A stretch of DNA of 64,000 bases from Candidatus Altiarchaeota archaeon (GCA_043800255.1 JAZDNF010000001.1:96001-160000), one strand, 5' to 3'. Shown: positions 38,998 to 48,990, counted from the first letter of the stretch. The notes: generated by a model from the sequence alone, not told the origin. Translations and numbers: made by a program.

Positions 38998-40191
38998 GTG
39001 GACCACATTAGACAGGTTTTAGCGGGCGAACCTATAGGACAGAGGAAGCTTGAACTAGGGCTTAAGGCTGGTTCCATAGTCCTTGTCAGGAACTCCAGGC
39101 GGAGGATAAAGCCTATTGCCATCGGCGCGGGTGTTACCACAAAGGTTAACGCGAACGTTGGAACATCTCCTGGCAAGTTCAGCCTCAAGGACGAACTCGC
39201 GAAGGTCGACACTGCCGTGCGGGCCGGAGCTGACACTCTCATGGACTTGAGCGTCGAAGGAGGCTTGGACAGGATAAGAAGGGAGATCATAACGCACAGC
39301 AGAATACCGTTCGGCACCGTTCCAATCTATCAGGCTTTCAGGGAGAGCGGATTGGATCTGACACTCGACGGCTTCCTAAAAGTATTGGAGAAACACTGCA
39401 GAGACGGCGTAGACTTTGTGACAATACACGCTGGAATAACACGAGACCTGCTGCTTCACATCGAGAAGCGGATTATACCCGTAACCAGCAGGGGAGGGAG
39501 CTTTCTGGCGGCCTGGATGAGGCACAACAGGAAAGAGAACTTCCTCTATACCGGGTATGAGAGCGTGCTGGAAATCCTGAGAGAGTATGATGTCACCATC
39601 AGCTTGGGAGACGCTCTCAGGCCTGGGGCAGTCCATGATGCCACAGACAAGGGCCAACTGGGGGAGCTCAGGAACTTGGGCAAACTCACCAAGAAGGCGA
39701 GAGCAGAGAACGTGAAGGTGATCGTTGAAGGGCCTGGGCACGTCTCCCTGAACCAGATAGAAAAAAACATAAGACTGCAGAAGAGGATATGCGGTAACGC
39801 GCCATTCTACGTTCTAGGCCCGCTTGTCACAGACATTGGGTTGGGGCATGATCACATCACCTCCGCAATCGGCGGGGCTGTCGCGGCAGCAGCAGGAGCC
39901 GACTTCCTGTGCTATGTGACGCCGTCAGAGCATCTGGGGCTGCCAACGCTTGAGGATGTCCATAACGGTGTGATAGCCTCCAAGATAGCAGCTCACGCCG
40001 GCGACATCGTGAAACTTGGCCTAAGAGAGCAGGACGATAAAATGTCAAAGGCCCGCAGGACGCTGGACTGGGAGAGGATGTTCAAACTCGCCCTGGACTC
40101 CAGCGTCAGGGACAAATACCCGAAACTGAAAAAAAATGATGCCTGCACGATGTGCGGCGAATACTGTGCCCTCAAGGTCATGGGGAAGTGA
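38998..40191 (+). CDS. thiC: Phosphomethylpyrimidine synthase
   Basis: KVNANVGTS, MDLS, GTVPIYQ, SRGGS, EGPGH, CYVTPSEHL, CTMCGEYC. Confidence 0.95.
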   Translation: MDHIRQVLAGEPIGQRKLELGLKAGSIVLVRNSRRRIKPIAIGAGVTTKVNANVGTSPGKFSLKDELAKVDTAVRAGADTLMDLSVEGGLDRIRREIITHSRIPFGTVPIYQAFRESGLDLTLDGFLKVLEKHCRDGVDFVTIHAGITRDLLLHIEKRIIPVTSRGGSFLAAWMRHNRKENFLYTGYESVLEILREYDVTISLGDALRPGAVHDATDKGQLGELRNLGKLTKKARAENVKVIVEGPGHVSLNQIEKNIRLQKRICGNAPFYVLGPLVTDIGLGHDHITSAIGGAVAAAAGADFLCYVTPSEHLGLPTLEDVHNGVIASKIAAHAGDIVKLGLREQDDKMSKARRTLDWERMFKLALDSSVRDKYPKLKKNDACTMCGEYCALKVMGK

Positions 40192-40434
40192 TTTTTTAAT
40201 AACAAACGCTCTTATGTTAATGCCCGTATGCGAAGGTCGTCTTGAAAAGGTGATAGACGGTGCAAGATATTCCGGGCTACACTGCGCTGATGGCGTGTTG
40301 TACGACAGTGCCGACCGGCATTGGAGGAGTGATGCCCTCCGCACGAGTGAATACAAACCAACCCCAGCGCAGAACAACCTTAATCTATTTTTAAAGAATG
40401 GCGTCAATATAGTAAGTCAACTTTTTAGACTAAA

Positions 40435-40740
40435 ATGGAATACGTTTACGGTGCTTTGCTTTTGCACTCTGCAGGGCAGAAGGTGGATGAGACCTCCGTT
40501 ACGAAGGTTATGGAGGCTGCCGGCGTTAAGGTCGACAAGGCCCAAGTGAAAGCTCTTGTCGCGTCCTTAGACGGCGTGAACATCGACGATGCGATAAAGA
40601 CTGCAGCGCCGATGGTTGCCGCACCAGCCGCCCAAGCTCCAGCCGGAGCCAAGGCAGAGGATAAAAAGGAAGAGAAGAAGGAAGACGAAGGAAAGAGTGA
40701 GGAAGAAGCTGCTTCTGGTCTCGCATCCCTGTTTGGATAA
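40435..40740 (+). CDS. rpl12: 50S ribosomal stalk protein L12/P1
   Basis: [11 protein letters not shown]...Ala-rich hinge...[13 protein letters not shown]. Confidence 0.97.
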   Translation: MEYVYGALLLHSAGQKVDETSVTKVMEAAGVKVDKAQVKALVASLDGVNIDDAIKTAAPMVAAPAAQAPAGAKAEDKKEEKKEDEGKSEEEAASGLASLFG

Positions 40741-40748
40741 GACTTCGA

Positions 40749-41996
40749 ATGCAATCGTTCGACTACCACAACAGCGGTAACGAATACTACCGAAAGGGCG
40801 AGTATAAGAAGGCTGTCGAATCCTACAACACAGCCCTGAAGGAGTCTGGGGTACTCGAGACCTACTTTAACAGAGGCCTAGCCTACACGAGGTTAGAAGA
40901 ATACGATAAAGCTGTCGAGGATATGGAGAGTGTATTGGGCTTAAACCCTGAAGTGGGCGAAGCCTACTACACTATCGGATTAATACAGGAGTATAAGAAA
41001 AAACCCAACAAGGCTCTGAAATACTACAAGAAGGCGTTGTCTGTAAACCAAAAATACGAGAAGGCCCGATATCAGAGTCTGATAGTCCGACTTCAAGCTA
41101 TACGTGTGGTAGTAGGCGACCGCAATCTAATAAACAAGCTGAAAAAGTTAAAGGCTAAGGCTGAAAACGAGACACTGAAAGCTCACCTGGAGGATGAAAT
41201 AAGAAGGCTCGATGATTTTATCAGCTCCTATGAGCGGCCAAGCTGCGATTTAAACTGTAACTTATGTTGTTACTTCGAGGATGAGCCATGGAATTACGCA
41301 GTCCTGATAGAACCTAAGAAGTTAGATCCAGTAAAAAAATTCCTCAAAGAAAATAACCTGAAATTCGAAGAATACGTGGGGAAGGTGAACTACAAAAATC
41401 TGACAAAAGAACAGAAGGGCTCTGGAATAGGCAAAAAAGAATATCGGATAAAAGACGGCAGCGGCTATTACCTATACTACCTCCGGAGAGACCCTAACAA
41501 AAAACTGGGAGTTAATCTGGCAGAGGATAGGCCAGTGTCTCTGAATGGTAATGACGTTGACTGGATAACAAAAGATTCAACACTTTGCAAGTTCTTTAAA
41601 GGTGGAACATGCATCCTCCACAATATCGGATCAGGCAAGAAACCTGGACTGGACGTGTGCAGGAGTTGGGTTTGTCTCACAGGATGTAGCCTAATACTCC
41701 TCAGAAAACTGGGAATAATAGATACACGGGCTGTCCGGGAACTGGATATCAGACGACTCAATAAGGTGTCAGAGGAGATTCTCACATCACTTTACAGTAA
41801 CCTCTACTCTAACGGCGACCTTCTGAACTTGAGTTCTGAGAGGGCCAGAAAGCTAGAGCATGCTCTAAAGTCGGAATCGGAAGAGGGCATCAAAGAATAC
41901 CTCCAGTTTGAGGAGGATTACAAGAGAACGTTCAATCAAGCGATTTCAAACGTAAAAGAGGCCTTGAATTCAAACTCTGATGCTATGGTCTCCTAA
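40749..41996 (+). CDS. TPR-repeat protein with YkgJ-like Cys cluster domain
   Basis: Three N-terminal TPRs (YFNRGLAY, AYYTIG); CDLNCNLCC; CKFF...CILH...KP...CRSWVC. Confidence 0.75.
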   Translation: MQSFDYHNSGNEYYRKGEYKKAVESYNTALKESGVLETYFNRGLAYTRLEEYDKAVEDMESVLGLNPEVGEAYYTIGLIQEYKKKPNKALKYYKKALSVNQKYEKARYQSLIVRLQAIRVVVGDRNLINKLKKLKAKAENETLKAHLEDEIRRLDDFISSYERPSCDLNCNLCCYFEDEPWNYAVLIEPKKLDPVKKFLKENNLKFEEYVGKVNYKNLTKEQKGSGIGKKEYRIKDGSGYYLYYLRRDPNKKLGVNLAEDRPVSLNGNDVDWITKDSTLCKFFKGGTCILHNIGSGKKPGLDVCRSWVCLTGCSLILLRKLGIIDTRAVRELDIRRLNKVSEEILTSLYSNLYSNGDLLNLSSERARKLEHALKSESEEGIKEYLQFEEDYKRTFNQAISNVKEALNSNSDAMVS

Positions 41997-43155
41997 GATT
42001 CCGAAGCCGTTCTATAACCTCCTCAAGCCGCTCTCTAGGCTGGGTGAGAGCCATCCTGGCATAACCGTCGCCGTGCTCTCCGAAGCCTATGCCGGGGGTT
42101 ATGACTATGCCAGCCTCGTCTAAGACCCTTTTCGAAAACTCTATCGAACTATCATACTCTTTTGGGATTCTGAACCACAGGTAGAATGTCGCCTTTGGTT
42201 TTCTAACCTCCCAGCCCAGGTCGTTCAGGCCGTCGACCATGAGATCACGCCTTGCAGCCCAGACTTTCATGTTTTTTCTCACTTGATCTTGGGGGCCGTT
42301 CAAGGCTTCGATGCCCGCAGCCTGGACTGCGTTGAATGCGCCTGAGTCTATGTTCTGTTTCACCCTGCTGAGGCCTGCTATGACCTCATTGTTGCCAACC
42401 GCCATTCCAATGCGCCACCCGGTCATGTTATACGTCTTTGACAGCGAGTTGAACTCTATGCCAACCTCTTTCGCGCCCTTGACCTCGAGGAAGCTCGGCG
42501 CAACATAGCCATTGAACGTCATCTCAGAGTAGGGGTTGTCGTGACATACTATGATGTTGTTGTCACGGGCGAAGTCTATGACCTCCTTGAAGAAGTCCTT
42601 TTCTGCTGTGGCTGCCGTAGGCGCGTTAGGGTAGTTTATGAACATCAGTCTGGCGGCTTTCGCGATTTTCTTGTCAATCTCCTCCAATTCTGGTTTGAAA
42701 TCGTTCTCCTCCGTTAATGGCATCGACACAGGCTTGCCGTCGGCAAGTATGGTCCCTATCCTGTAAACAGGGTATCCTGGGTCGGATACTAATGCAACGT
42801 CGTCCCTGTTCAGGAATGCTAGTGGAATGTGGCCTATCCCCTCCTTCGAGCCTATAAGCGTCAGGACTTCCGTCTTGGGGTCTAACCTTACGTTAAACCT
42901 TCTCTTATACCAGTCTGCCACAGCCTGCCTGAACGCTATCATGCCCTCGTAGGATGGGTACCTGTGGTTTTGAGGGTCCTTAGCAGCCTTGTAGAGTTCT
43001 TCGATTATGTTCTTCGGAGTCGGCAGGTCAGGGTCGCCTATGCCCAAGCTTATGATGTCAACGCCCTTCGATTTCTTCTCAGATATTGCTTTGTCGATCT
43101 CAGCGAACAGGTAAGGCGGTATCCTGTCAATCCTCTTTGAGTAGTCCATCTTCAC
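41983..43155 (-). CDS. dapL: LL-diaminopimelate aminotransferase
   Basis: PPYLFAEID, LGIGDPD, LIGSKEG, NYPNAPT, SLSKTYNMTGWRIG. Confidence 0.9.
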   Translation of the reverse strand: MKMDYSKRIDRIPPYLFAEIDKAISEKKSKGVDIISLGIGDPDLPTPKNIIEELYKAAKDPQNHRYPSYEGMIAFRQAVADWYKRRFNVRLDPKTEVLTLIGSKEGIGHIPLAFLNRDDVALVSDPGYPVYRIGTILADGKPVSMPLTEENDFKPELEEIDKKIAKAARLMFINYPNAPTAATAEKDFFKEVIDFARDNNIIVCHDNPYSEMTFNGYVAPSFLEVKGAKEVGIEFNSLSKTYNMTGWRIGMAVGNNEVIAGLSRVKQNIDSGAFNAVQAAGIEALNGPQDQVRKNMKVWAARRDLMVDGLNDLGWEVRKPKATFYLWFRIPKEYDSSIEFSKRVLDEAGIVITPGIGFGEHGDGYARMALTQPRERLEEVIERLRNLRRP

Positions 43156-43191
43156 ATTTTAATATACTGTGAGTAATAGTTTAAATGAAAG

Positions 43192-43668
43192 ATGAGGAAT
43201 GCCCTAGTCTTCTTGGTGGTTGTGGTTCTTCTGTCAGGTTGTGTCGGCAAAAAAGAGACGCCGAAACCGAAAGAATACATAACCCCCTGCAATGTGATAG
43301 GCGAGGACATCCTGCTCCAGGCTGAGGGAACTTCACTTTCGTCAGATATCATAAAAAAACCACTGGCTGAGGCGTTCGTCGACGACATTGTCAGCGGACA
43401 AGCTTCAGATGTCTGGAACTCCTACGCTCTTGAATGCTGGTGGGGTAAGAACGTCGGCGAGCAGAAGGACCTTTACTACTGTGGCGGGAGCTACAGGTCT
43501 CCTGAGGTTGACTCTGAGAATGTGATAACCCGCTACGTTCTGAAGGAGTTCAAGGTCGGGTTCAGCGTGGAGGAACATTCAACCACTTCAAAAACGTCTG
43601 ACGGTAAGAGCAAATACAATTATTTCCTCACCGTGAGGAGTGTGAGCTCAATGTGTTCGGTGGCTTAG
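43192..43668 (+). CDS. Hypothetical lipoprotein
   Basis: Signal peptide ending LLSGC; four further Cys. Confidence 0.7.
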   Translation: MRNALVFLVVVVLLSGCVGKKETPKPKEYITPCNVIGEDILLQAEGTSLSSDIIKKPLAEAFVDDIVSGQASDVWNSYALECWWGKNVGEQKDLYYCGGSYRSPEVDSENVITRYVLKEFKVGFSVEEHSTTSKTSDGKSKYNYFLTVRSVSSMCSVA

Positions 43669-44294
43669 AAGTAGTCCAAAAGGTTCCTCAAGTCCTTCTT
43701 GCGTATAACGACGTCAGCATGTTCTAATATCCTGTCGTCCTGCGGGTTGAATGCTACACTGTAACCTGCCAGCTCGAACATCGGAATGTCATTTAGGTAG
43801 TCGCCGACTGCTGCGCACTCCTCAACGGCTATGCCCTCAGCAGCCGCTATCCTCTCAAGCTCTCTGCCCTTGCCTTCGAATTCGACCTCCTTTCCGACTC
43901 CGACAACTTTTCCAGATTCAACCTCGAGGGTGTTGCCGATTGCATGGTCAAGGTCAAAAGTCCTGGCAATTCTGTCGGCCATGAGTTTCAGGCCGCCTGA
44001 TATTATCGCAATCTTGTATCTGGGTTTGAGATAGTTCAGGGTCTCGTGTATGCCGGTCATGAGCGGCACCTCTGAGAGTATCCTCTCAATTTCAGCGATG
44101 TTTGTCCCCCTCCAGAGGCTGACATCAAGGTCAGCCCACTGCCCGAAAGAGATTTCTCCTCTGAAAAAACTATTTGCGTTCTCTCTTGCTTTCTCGTAGG
44201 TTCCAAGACCCTTATGGACTGCGCTCCAGCTGCCCCAACCGTCTACGAGAACACCATCCAAATCGAATGCGATCAGCCGTATCAATTGAATCAA
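43665..44294 (-). CDS. HAD-IB phosphoserine phosphatase-like hydrolase
   Basis: FDLDGVL, ISGG, K, VGDYLND. Confidence 0.88.
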   Translation of the reverse strand: MIQLIRLIAFDLDGVLVDGWGSWSAVHKGLGTYEKARENANSFFRGEISFGQWADLDVSLWRGTNIAEIERILSEVPLMTGIHETLNYLKPRYKIAIISGGLKLMADRIARTFDLDHAIGNTLEVESGKVVGVGKEVEFEGKGRELERIAAAEGIAVEECAAVGDYLNDIPMFELAGYSVAFNPQDDRILEHADVVIRKKDLRNLLDYF

Positions 44295-45016
44295 CCGTAC
44301 ATCGGTGAGAAACCTTCCATCCTCTTATAGCCTTCCTTGCCTCTTCTAAGCTGCTTGGCTATCTCGTTGAGTTTTTCCTCTATGAGCTTCCCGGTCTCGG
44401 TGAGGTTCTTGGTTTTGACGCTCAGATTCAGCAGCTTGTTCAGTATCTCGACGACAGAGGCCGCGGCCAGAGGGTCGGGCACGTAGTCCGTTTCAGTCAT
44501 AAGGCTGACGGTGTTTATGCCCTTGTCGATGCAGTTCAACAGAAGGTCGCTTGATATGCCCGTGATCATGCCCTCCTCTATTATCCTCACCTTAAGTTCT
44601 TTCAGCTTCTTCTCCAGGCTCTTGTCTGTGGTGATGCCCAGTATCTCATGCTCTTTCTCAATCTCAACTCCCGAGATGCCTGCCAGGAGTATGACCTGTT
44701 TCGGCTTGATATCGGTAAACCATTTCGCAATAACCTTCGAGAACTCAGGTATGTTTTCCAGCGGAACGATAAGCTCTGAGAACACTATAACGATTTTACC
44801 TTTAGCGTAGATTCTCATCGGCCTCAGAGGTTTCGAATCGTGCACCATGGTAACGCTCGGCAGTTCGTCGGATTCTATGCACCCTATCTGCTCCATCCCA
44901 AGCTCGTTTATCATCTGGTTCGCGGCGATTGTGCTGACAAAACCCTTGCTGGGAAAAGCCTCTATAACAATCGGGTTCTGCGGTACTTTTTTTGTCATGT
45001 TTATCCTAGTGCTCAT
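44291..45016 (-). CDS. PAC2 family proteasome assembly chaperone
   Basis: EAFPSKGFVSTIA, PDPLAA, C-terminal HbYX-like MYG; likely start MSTRINM at 45016. Confidence 0.88.
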   Translation of the reverse strand: MSTRINMTKKVPQNPIVIEAFPSKGFVSTIAANQMINELGMEQIGCIESDELPSVTMVHDSKPLRPMRIYAKGKIVIVFSELIVPLENIPEFSKVIAKWFTDIKPKQVILLAGISGVEIEKEHEILGITTDKSLEKKLKELKVRIIEEGMITGISSDLLLNCIDKGINTVSLMTETDYVPDPLAAASVVEILNKLLNLSVKTKNLTETGKLIEEKLNEIAKQLRRGKEGYKRMEGFSPMYG

Positions 45017-45510
45017 AGTACATGTCCTCCATTTTTTATAGGTATCGGCCAGTCGCAGTGCGGGCACCTTAGGCTGCACTCTTTCATCATCGGGCATATC
45101 GTCTTCGAGGAGACTGCCATCGGATGCCCCTTGCTCTCAAGCTTGAACTTCTTGTACCACCCAAATGGGACTTTTTTCACGTTTAATCCCGCGTCCCTGA
45201 GCCTCTGGACGACCTTGTTCAGTATCATCAGGGCGACTTCCGGGGATGATATGCTCTGCGACAGATGCGCGAAAGGGAATATCATAACGTTTTTCGCCTT
45301 TATGGCCTCCAGAGTCTTCAGGATTTCGCTCGCCATCGTCTTCACGGTCTCATCCGGCTGCCGCTCGTCGAAATTCTCAACGCAGGAGAAGGCGACAAGG
45401 CAGTCTCTCATGCTGTCCTCCTTTTCGCTTTCTGGTATGTCCTCAGAAACCGCTGTCCTCTTGCCAACCTCGTAGGAGATTTCGTCAGCGTGGATGAAGA
45501 GAAGTCTCAT
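45013..45510 (-). CDS. Stand-alone archaeal threonyl-tRNA synthetase editing domain protein
   Basis: MRLLFIHAD, FPFAHLS, PFGWYKKF...GHPMA; Cys-rich tail. Confidence 0.85.
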   Translation of the reverse strand: MRLLFIHADEISYEVGKRTAVSEDIPESEKEDSMRDCLVAFSCVENFDERQPDETVKTMASEILKTLEAIKAKNVMIFPFAHLSQSISSPEVALMILNKVVQRLRDAGLNVKKVPFGWYKKFKLESKGHPMAVSSKTICPMMKECSLRCPHCDWPIPIKNGGHVL

Positions 45511-45531
45511 CAGGTAGATATTTACCGGTAT

Positions 45532-45738
45532 ACTATAAATCGAGATTTCCACCAGTCTGTGACTGGTGGATGGAAATCATCCCCTAGGGGACATGTCCCC
45601 TGGGCACAAGTTGCTTCGCAACTTGCTGTGTCAAGAACCTATCCGGTGTAATCCATGCCGCCGGTCTCTGACGCGGCCGAGCCTTGCTCGGGCGCGTGTC
45701 GGAGGCATCTGCCTCCGCCACACCGGCGGTTCTTGACA
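45532..45738. repeat. Composite hairpin repeat element (copy 3)
   Basis: 38 bp identical to 32784-32821; TGTCAAGAAC (45629)...GTTCTTGACA (45738); several nested hairpins. Confidence 0.75.
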
Positions 45739-46265
45739 TTAGTCTTCAGAAGGGACTCGAATTCGCCGAACCAGTCAATTTCCTTGACGACTTTCCCCCC
45801 GGCATCCAACCATGACATTATCCTGGCAATGTCAGCGCCGCCGCTTGCGTCCAACTCCAGGACGTTGTCACACCACAGGCTGTCATAAAGGCACACTCCC
45901 ATAACCTCTGCTTCGAGGTTTTCGAATATCTTCTCATGGGCGTATTTCCGCTCCTCAAGCCTTCTCTTCAGGATACTTGGGTTGACCCTCAGCACGATTA
46001 TGTGCGTGAGCGGAAGGAACGGACTGAGGAGTCCGTCAACGATCAAATCATCAGTTGATGTCAGCACCTCCTCTTCGAAAACCTTCCTAAGGAGATCGAC
46101 ATCGACAACCCTGGCCTCCCTTCTGGTGTCAAATCTAACCGGGAGCTTTTTGTTTATCATCTCCTTCAGGTCTACTGTCCTGTAACCCAGTCTTCTCCCA
46201 AGTTCTAGTGACAGCGTTGTCTTCCCAGTCCCAGGGGTCCCGGTTATTCCCACGATTTTTCTCAT
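45639..46265 (-). CDS. AK6/Fap7-type adenylate kinase
   Basis: ITGTPGTGKTT, RLEERKY...KIFENLEAE; last ~33 codons lie within the repeat element. Confidence 0.88.
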   Translation of the reverse strand: MRKIVGITGTPGTGKTTLSLELGRRLGYRTVDLKEMINKKLPVRFDTRREARVVDVDLLRKVFEEEVLTSTDDLIVDGLLSPFLPLTHIIVLRVNPSILKRRLEERKYAHEKIFENLEAEVMGVCLYDSLWCDNVLELDASGGADIARIMSWLDAGGKVVKEIDWFGEFESLLKTNVKNRRCGGGRCLRHAPEQGSAASETGGMDYTG

Positions 46266-46295
46266 CGTTTAAATTATTCTGTCATAATATCATTT

Positions 46296-47879
46296 ATGCG
46301 TAAGTTTTTAATCCTGATACTGGCGCTTTCAGTCTTTTTCAGGTTCTATGACCTACACTCTGTTCCATCATGGGACTGGGACGAGGGAGTGAACTTGAAC
46401 GTAATCCGCAATCTGTTGGACGGACGATTTCAGCTCTTCTCTGTAAAATACACTTTCTTCCCTCATCCTCCGCTTTTTTTCATTGTCGGGGGGATGATGA
46501 TTAAGCTCTTCGGCTATGAACTTTATTCTCTGCGGCTGATGACCGCATTTTATGGTGTGCTTACTGCGTTGTTGGTTTATGCGATCTCGACCAAGATGTT
46601 CGGCAGAAGAGTTGGCATAACGGCTGGTCTGCTCTACGCATTATACCCCTCCGCAATATATTTCAGCAGAATAGGTTTCGCTAACAATCAGGTCGTGCTG
46701 CTGTCGGCCTTCTCGGTCTATGCAATCTATTCCTATCTTAGAAATGAAGGCGAAAGATGGCTCTATGTCGCATCCATTGCGAACGGCACAGCTATTATAA
46801 CAGAATATACGGCTGTGGCCGGTCTTGTAGCGTCTTCATACCTGTTGCTGAAATACAAAAAGGAGACCCTACCTAAGTTTCTTTTGGTATCCCTACTACT
46901 GCCTCTAACGGTTTTGTCTGCGCTGTTCCTGATGTCATCAGATTCTCTGGTCTATGACATACTCGTGCAGGTCAGGAGGGTCTCCACACCATTCTTTTTC
47001 CTTGTCGCCTCCCTAACCGTGGTTGCCATGTTAACCATCTACAAGTTCGGAAATTTCATCAGGGAATTCTTCAGGGTTTTCACCTCAAATCTGAACGAGG
47101 TTACCGTGCCCGCATTCGTCATGATATCCATCTTCTCGCTGAAGCTGCATTCCGGGGGCCTGCAATTAAATGACGATATGTTCTACGGCGGGGTAACATA
47201 TCTGAATCTCATGGGACTTCTAAGCGTTTTCCTGATACTCCCCACCCTAAAAAAATCCATCGAACGGAGCGCACTCTCAGCTTACACTATAGGATACCTC
47301 CTTCTGCTCCTCGCATTGAACAGAGCTGACCACATGCTCATGTTCATCTATCCTTACACAATCATGCTCCTGGGGCTGCTGATTGAGAAAACCTACGTTG
47401 TTGTGAGGGAGTTCACAAAGGAAAACAACATCAACCCGGTGATACTGGTTATAATGGCCTACCATCCCCTCTTCTTCATATTCGTGCAGGATGTGCAGAC
47501 GTTTGTCATAGGAAATGCCATTGGTTCGACCCATGAGAGCGATTTCCTGGGACTTGTCGACTACCTAAACAATAGAACAGAGCCTAATGATGTCATCCTC
47601 ACTTACAGTTTTCTTGAGCCCTACCTCAAAGGAAAGACGTGTACGGTGATAGAATCCATTGCGTATGAGGGTCAGTCGATAAAATACTATCCGGGGGACA
47701 TCGACAGGGACCGGTTCGTATTCAATTGTTCCTACAAGTATGCGAGGTATATCACCATGACAAACGGCACGAGGGATAACATGTTGGATGGTAAGGAGTA
47801 CGAAAACCTGTCAGACTATCTGGAAACCCTCGAATACGATGTAGTGGGCAATTTTTTCGTATATAAAAGGGATATTTAA
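46296..47879 (+). CDS. GT-C fold glycosyltransferase (GT39/PMT_2-like), paralog of 8102
   Basis: WDWDEGVN, PHPPLF, YALYP.AIY..R.GFANN, R.DHM, DVQ.FV are shared with the 8102 protein. Confidence 0.82.
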   Translation: MRKFLILILALSVFFRFYDLHSVPSWDWDEGVNLNVIRNLLDGRFQLFSVKYTFFPHPPLFFIVGGMMIKLFGYELYSLRLMTAFYGVLTALLVYAISTKMFGRRVGITAGLLYALYPSAIYFSRIGFANNQVVLLSAFSVYAIYSYLRNEGERWLYVASIANGTAIITEYTAVAGLVASSYLLLKYKKETLPKFLLVSLLLPLTVLSALFLMSSDSLVYDILVQVRRVSTPFFFLVASLTVVAMLTIYKFGNFIREFFRVFTSNLNEVTVPAFVMISIFSLKLHSGGLQLNDDMFYGGVTYLNLMGLLSVFLILPTLKKSIERSALSAYTIGYLLLLLALNRADHMLMFIYPYTIMLLGLLIEKTYVVVREFTKENNINPVILVIMAYHPLFFIFVQDVQTFVIGNAIGSTHESDFLGLVDYLNNRTEPNDVILTYSFLEPYLKGKTCTVIESIAYEGQSIKYYPGDIDRDRFVFNCSYKYARYITMTNGTRDNMLDGKEYENLSDYLETLEYDVVGNFFVYKRDI

Positions 47880-47901
47880 ATGCGTGATTTCATATTCTAA
47901 C

Positions 47902-48240
47902 ATGTCCAAGGCGAATCCAAGCAAGGTTCAATTGGCGTTTACCTCCATACTCCTTCTCATAGCCTTATCCAGCATAGTATCCGCTCAATCATGGGTTACG
48001 GCTGTTTCGAGCATAGTCTGCGGGCTTCTGGTTGACGCCCTCAAGAACATCGTAGGAGCCTTGGCTGCCGTGGTCTTCGTATATTCCGGCGTAGAATACG
48101 TCATCTCCCAGGACGATCCAGGAAAGAGGAAGAATGCCAGGGACATGATGATATACGCATTGGTCGGTATCATCCTGGTTGGAATTGCTGCTACGATAAT
48201 CGGCGCTGTCCCGGGTTTCACAGGCTTGGGGTGCACATAA
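47902..48240 (+). CDS. TrbC/VirB2-like pilin 1
   Basis: Signal VSA-Q; IVC; GVEYVISQDDPGKRKNAR; C-terminal GCT. Confidence 0.82.
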   Translation: MSKANPSKVQLAFTSILLLIALSSIVSAQSWVTAVSSIVCGLLVDALKNIVGALAAVVFVYSGVEYVISQDDPGKRKNARDMMIYALVGIILVGIAATIIGAVPGFTGLGCT

Positions 48241-48242
48241 AA

Positions 48243-48644
48243 ATGAGAAGGGCAAAATTGATGTCAGATATTTTCGAGAACATGAGATTATTCGAGAACG
48301 TAAACAAGATACTTGTCGTGTTGTTTGTTTTATCAACTCTGACCCAGGGTCAGATGTCCTCCTCCAGCATATCCTCACCAGTCAATGAGATACTCTGCAT
48401 GATTTACAACGGCATATACCAGATTGCGGCTTCCCTTGCTGTGCTGGTTTTCGTGTTCGCTGGGGTCAAGTATGTTTCATCCATGGACGACCCTGGCAAG
48501 AGGAAATCAGCCAAGGATACCATGATAGCTGCCATAATCGGGTTAATAATCGTTTCAATCGGCAAGGCTCTCGTCAATCAGGTTCTCGAGAGCGTGTTGG
48601 GCTCAGGCTACAGCGTATCGTCTGCGTGTCTTGACTTCACTTAA
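48243..48644 (+). CDS. TrbC/VirB2-like pilin 2
   Basis: TQG-Q; ILC; GVKYVSSMDDPGKRKSAK; SACLDFT; start codon uncertain. Confidence 0.82.
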   Translation: MRRAKLMSDIFENMRLFENVNKILVVLFVLSTLTQGQMSSSSISSPVNEILCMIYNGIYQIAASLAVLVFVFAGVKYVSSMDDPGKRKSAKDTMIAAIIGLIIVSIGKALVNQVLESVLGSGYSVSSACLDFT

Positions 48645-48648
48645 GATT

Positions 48649-48990
48649 ATGAAGCCTTCAACTCAATTGAATAGAACTTGTGTTATATGCGCGCTTGCAT
48701 TTCTTGCGGTTCTAATATGCTCAGCAGACGCTCAGACCATAACGCCCCAATCCATATTCGTCCCAGTCTCGTCCATCGTATGCACCTTCAGGAGGGCGAT
48801 AGTTGAAATAGTGGGCGCCCTGGCATCGGTCATATTCGTGATATCCGGAATACGGTGGATATGGTCCCAGGACGACCCAGGCAAGAGGAAATCCGCAAAG
48901 GATGCGATGGTTCATGCCATAGTCGGCCTGATAATAATCGGGGTTGCGGATGAGATTGTTCAAAGCTTCAATTTCGTCGGGTGCACTTAA
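48649..48990 (+). CDS. TrbC/VirB2-like pilin 3
   Basis: ADA-Q; IVC; GIRWIWSQDDPGKRKSAK; GCT. Confidence 0.82.
   Translation: MKPSTQLNRTCVICALAFLAVLICSADAQTITPQSIFVPVSSIVCTFRRAIVEIVGALASVIFVISGIRWIWSQDDPGKRKSAKDAMVHAIVGLIIIGVADEIVQSFNFVGCT

Noticed and set aside
40192-40434. Possible small zinc-finger gene remnant or ncRNA between thiC and rpl12
   Set aside because: A CPVCEG-like string needs a frameshift, and no clean ORF or RNA motif can be supported.
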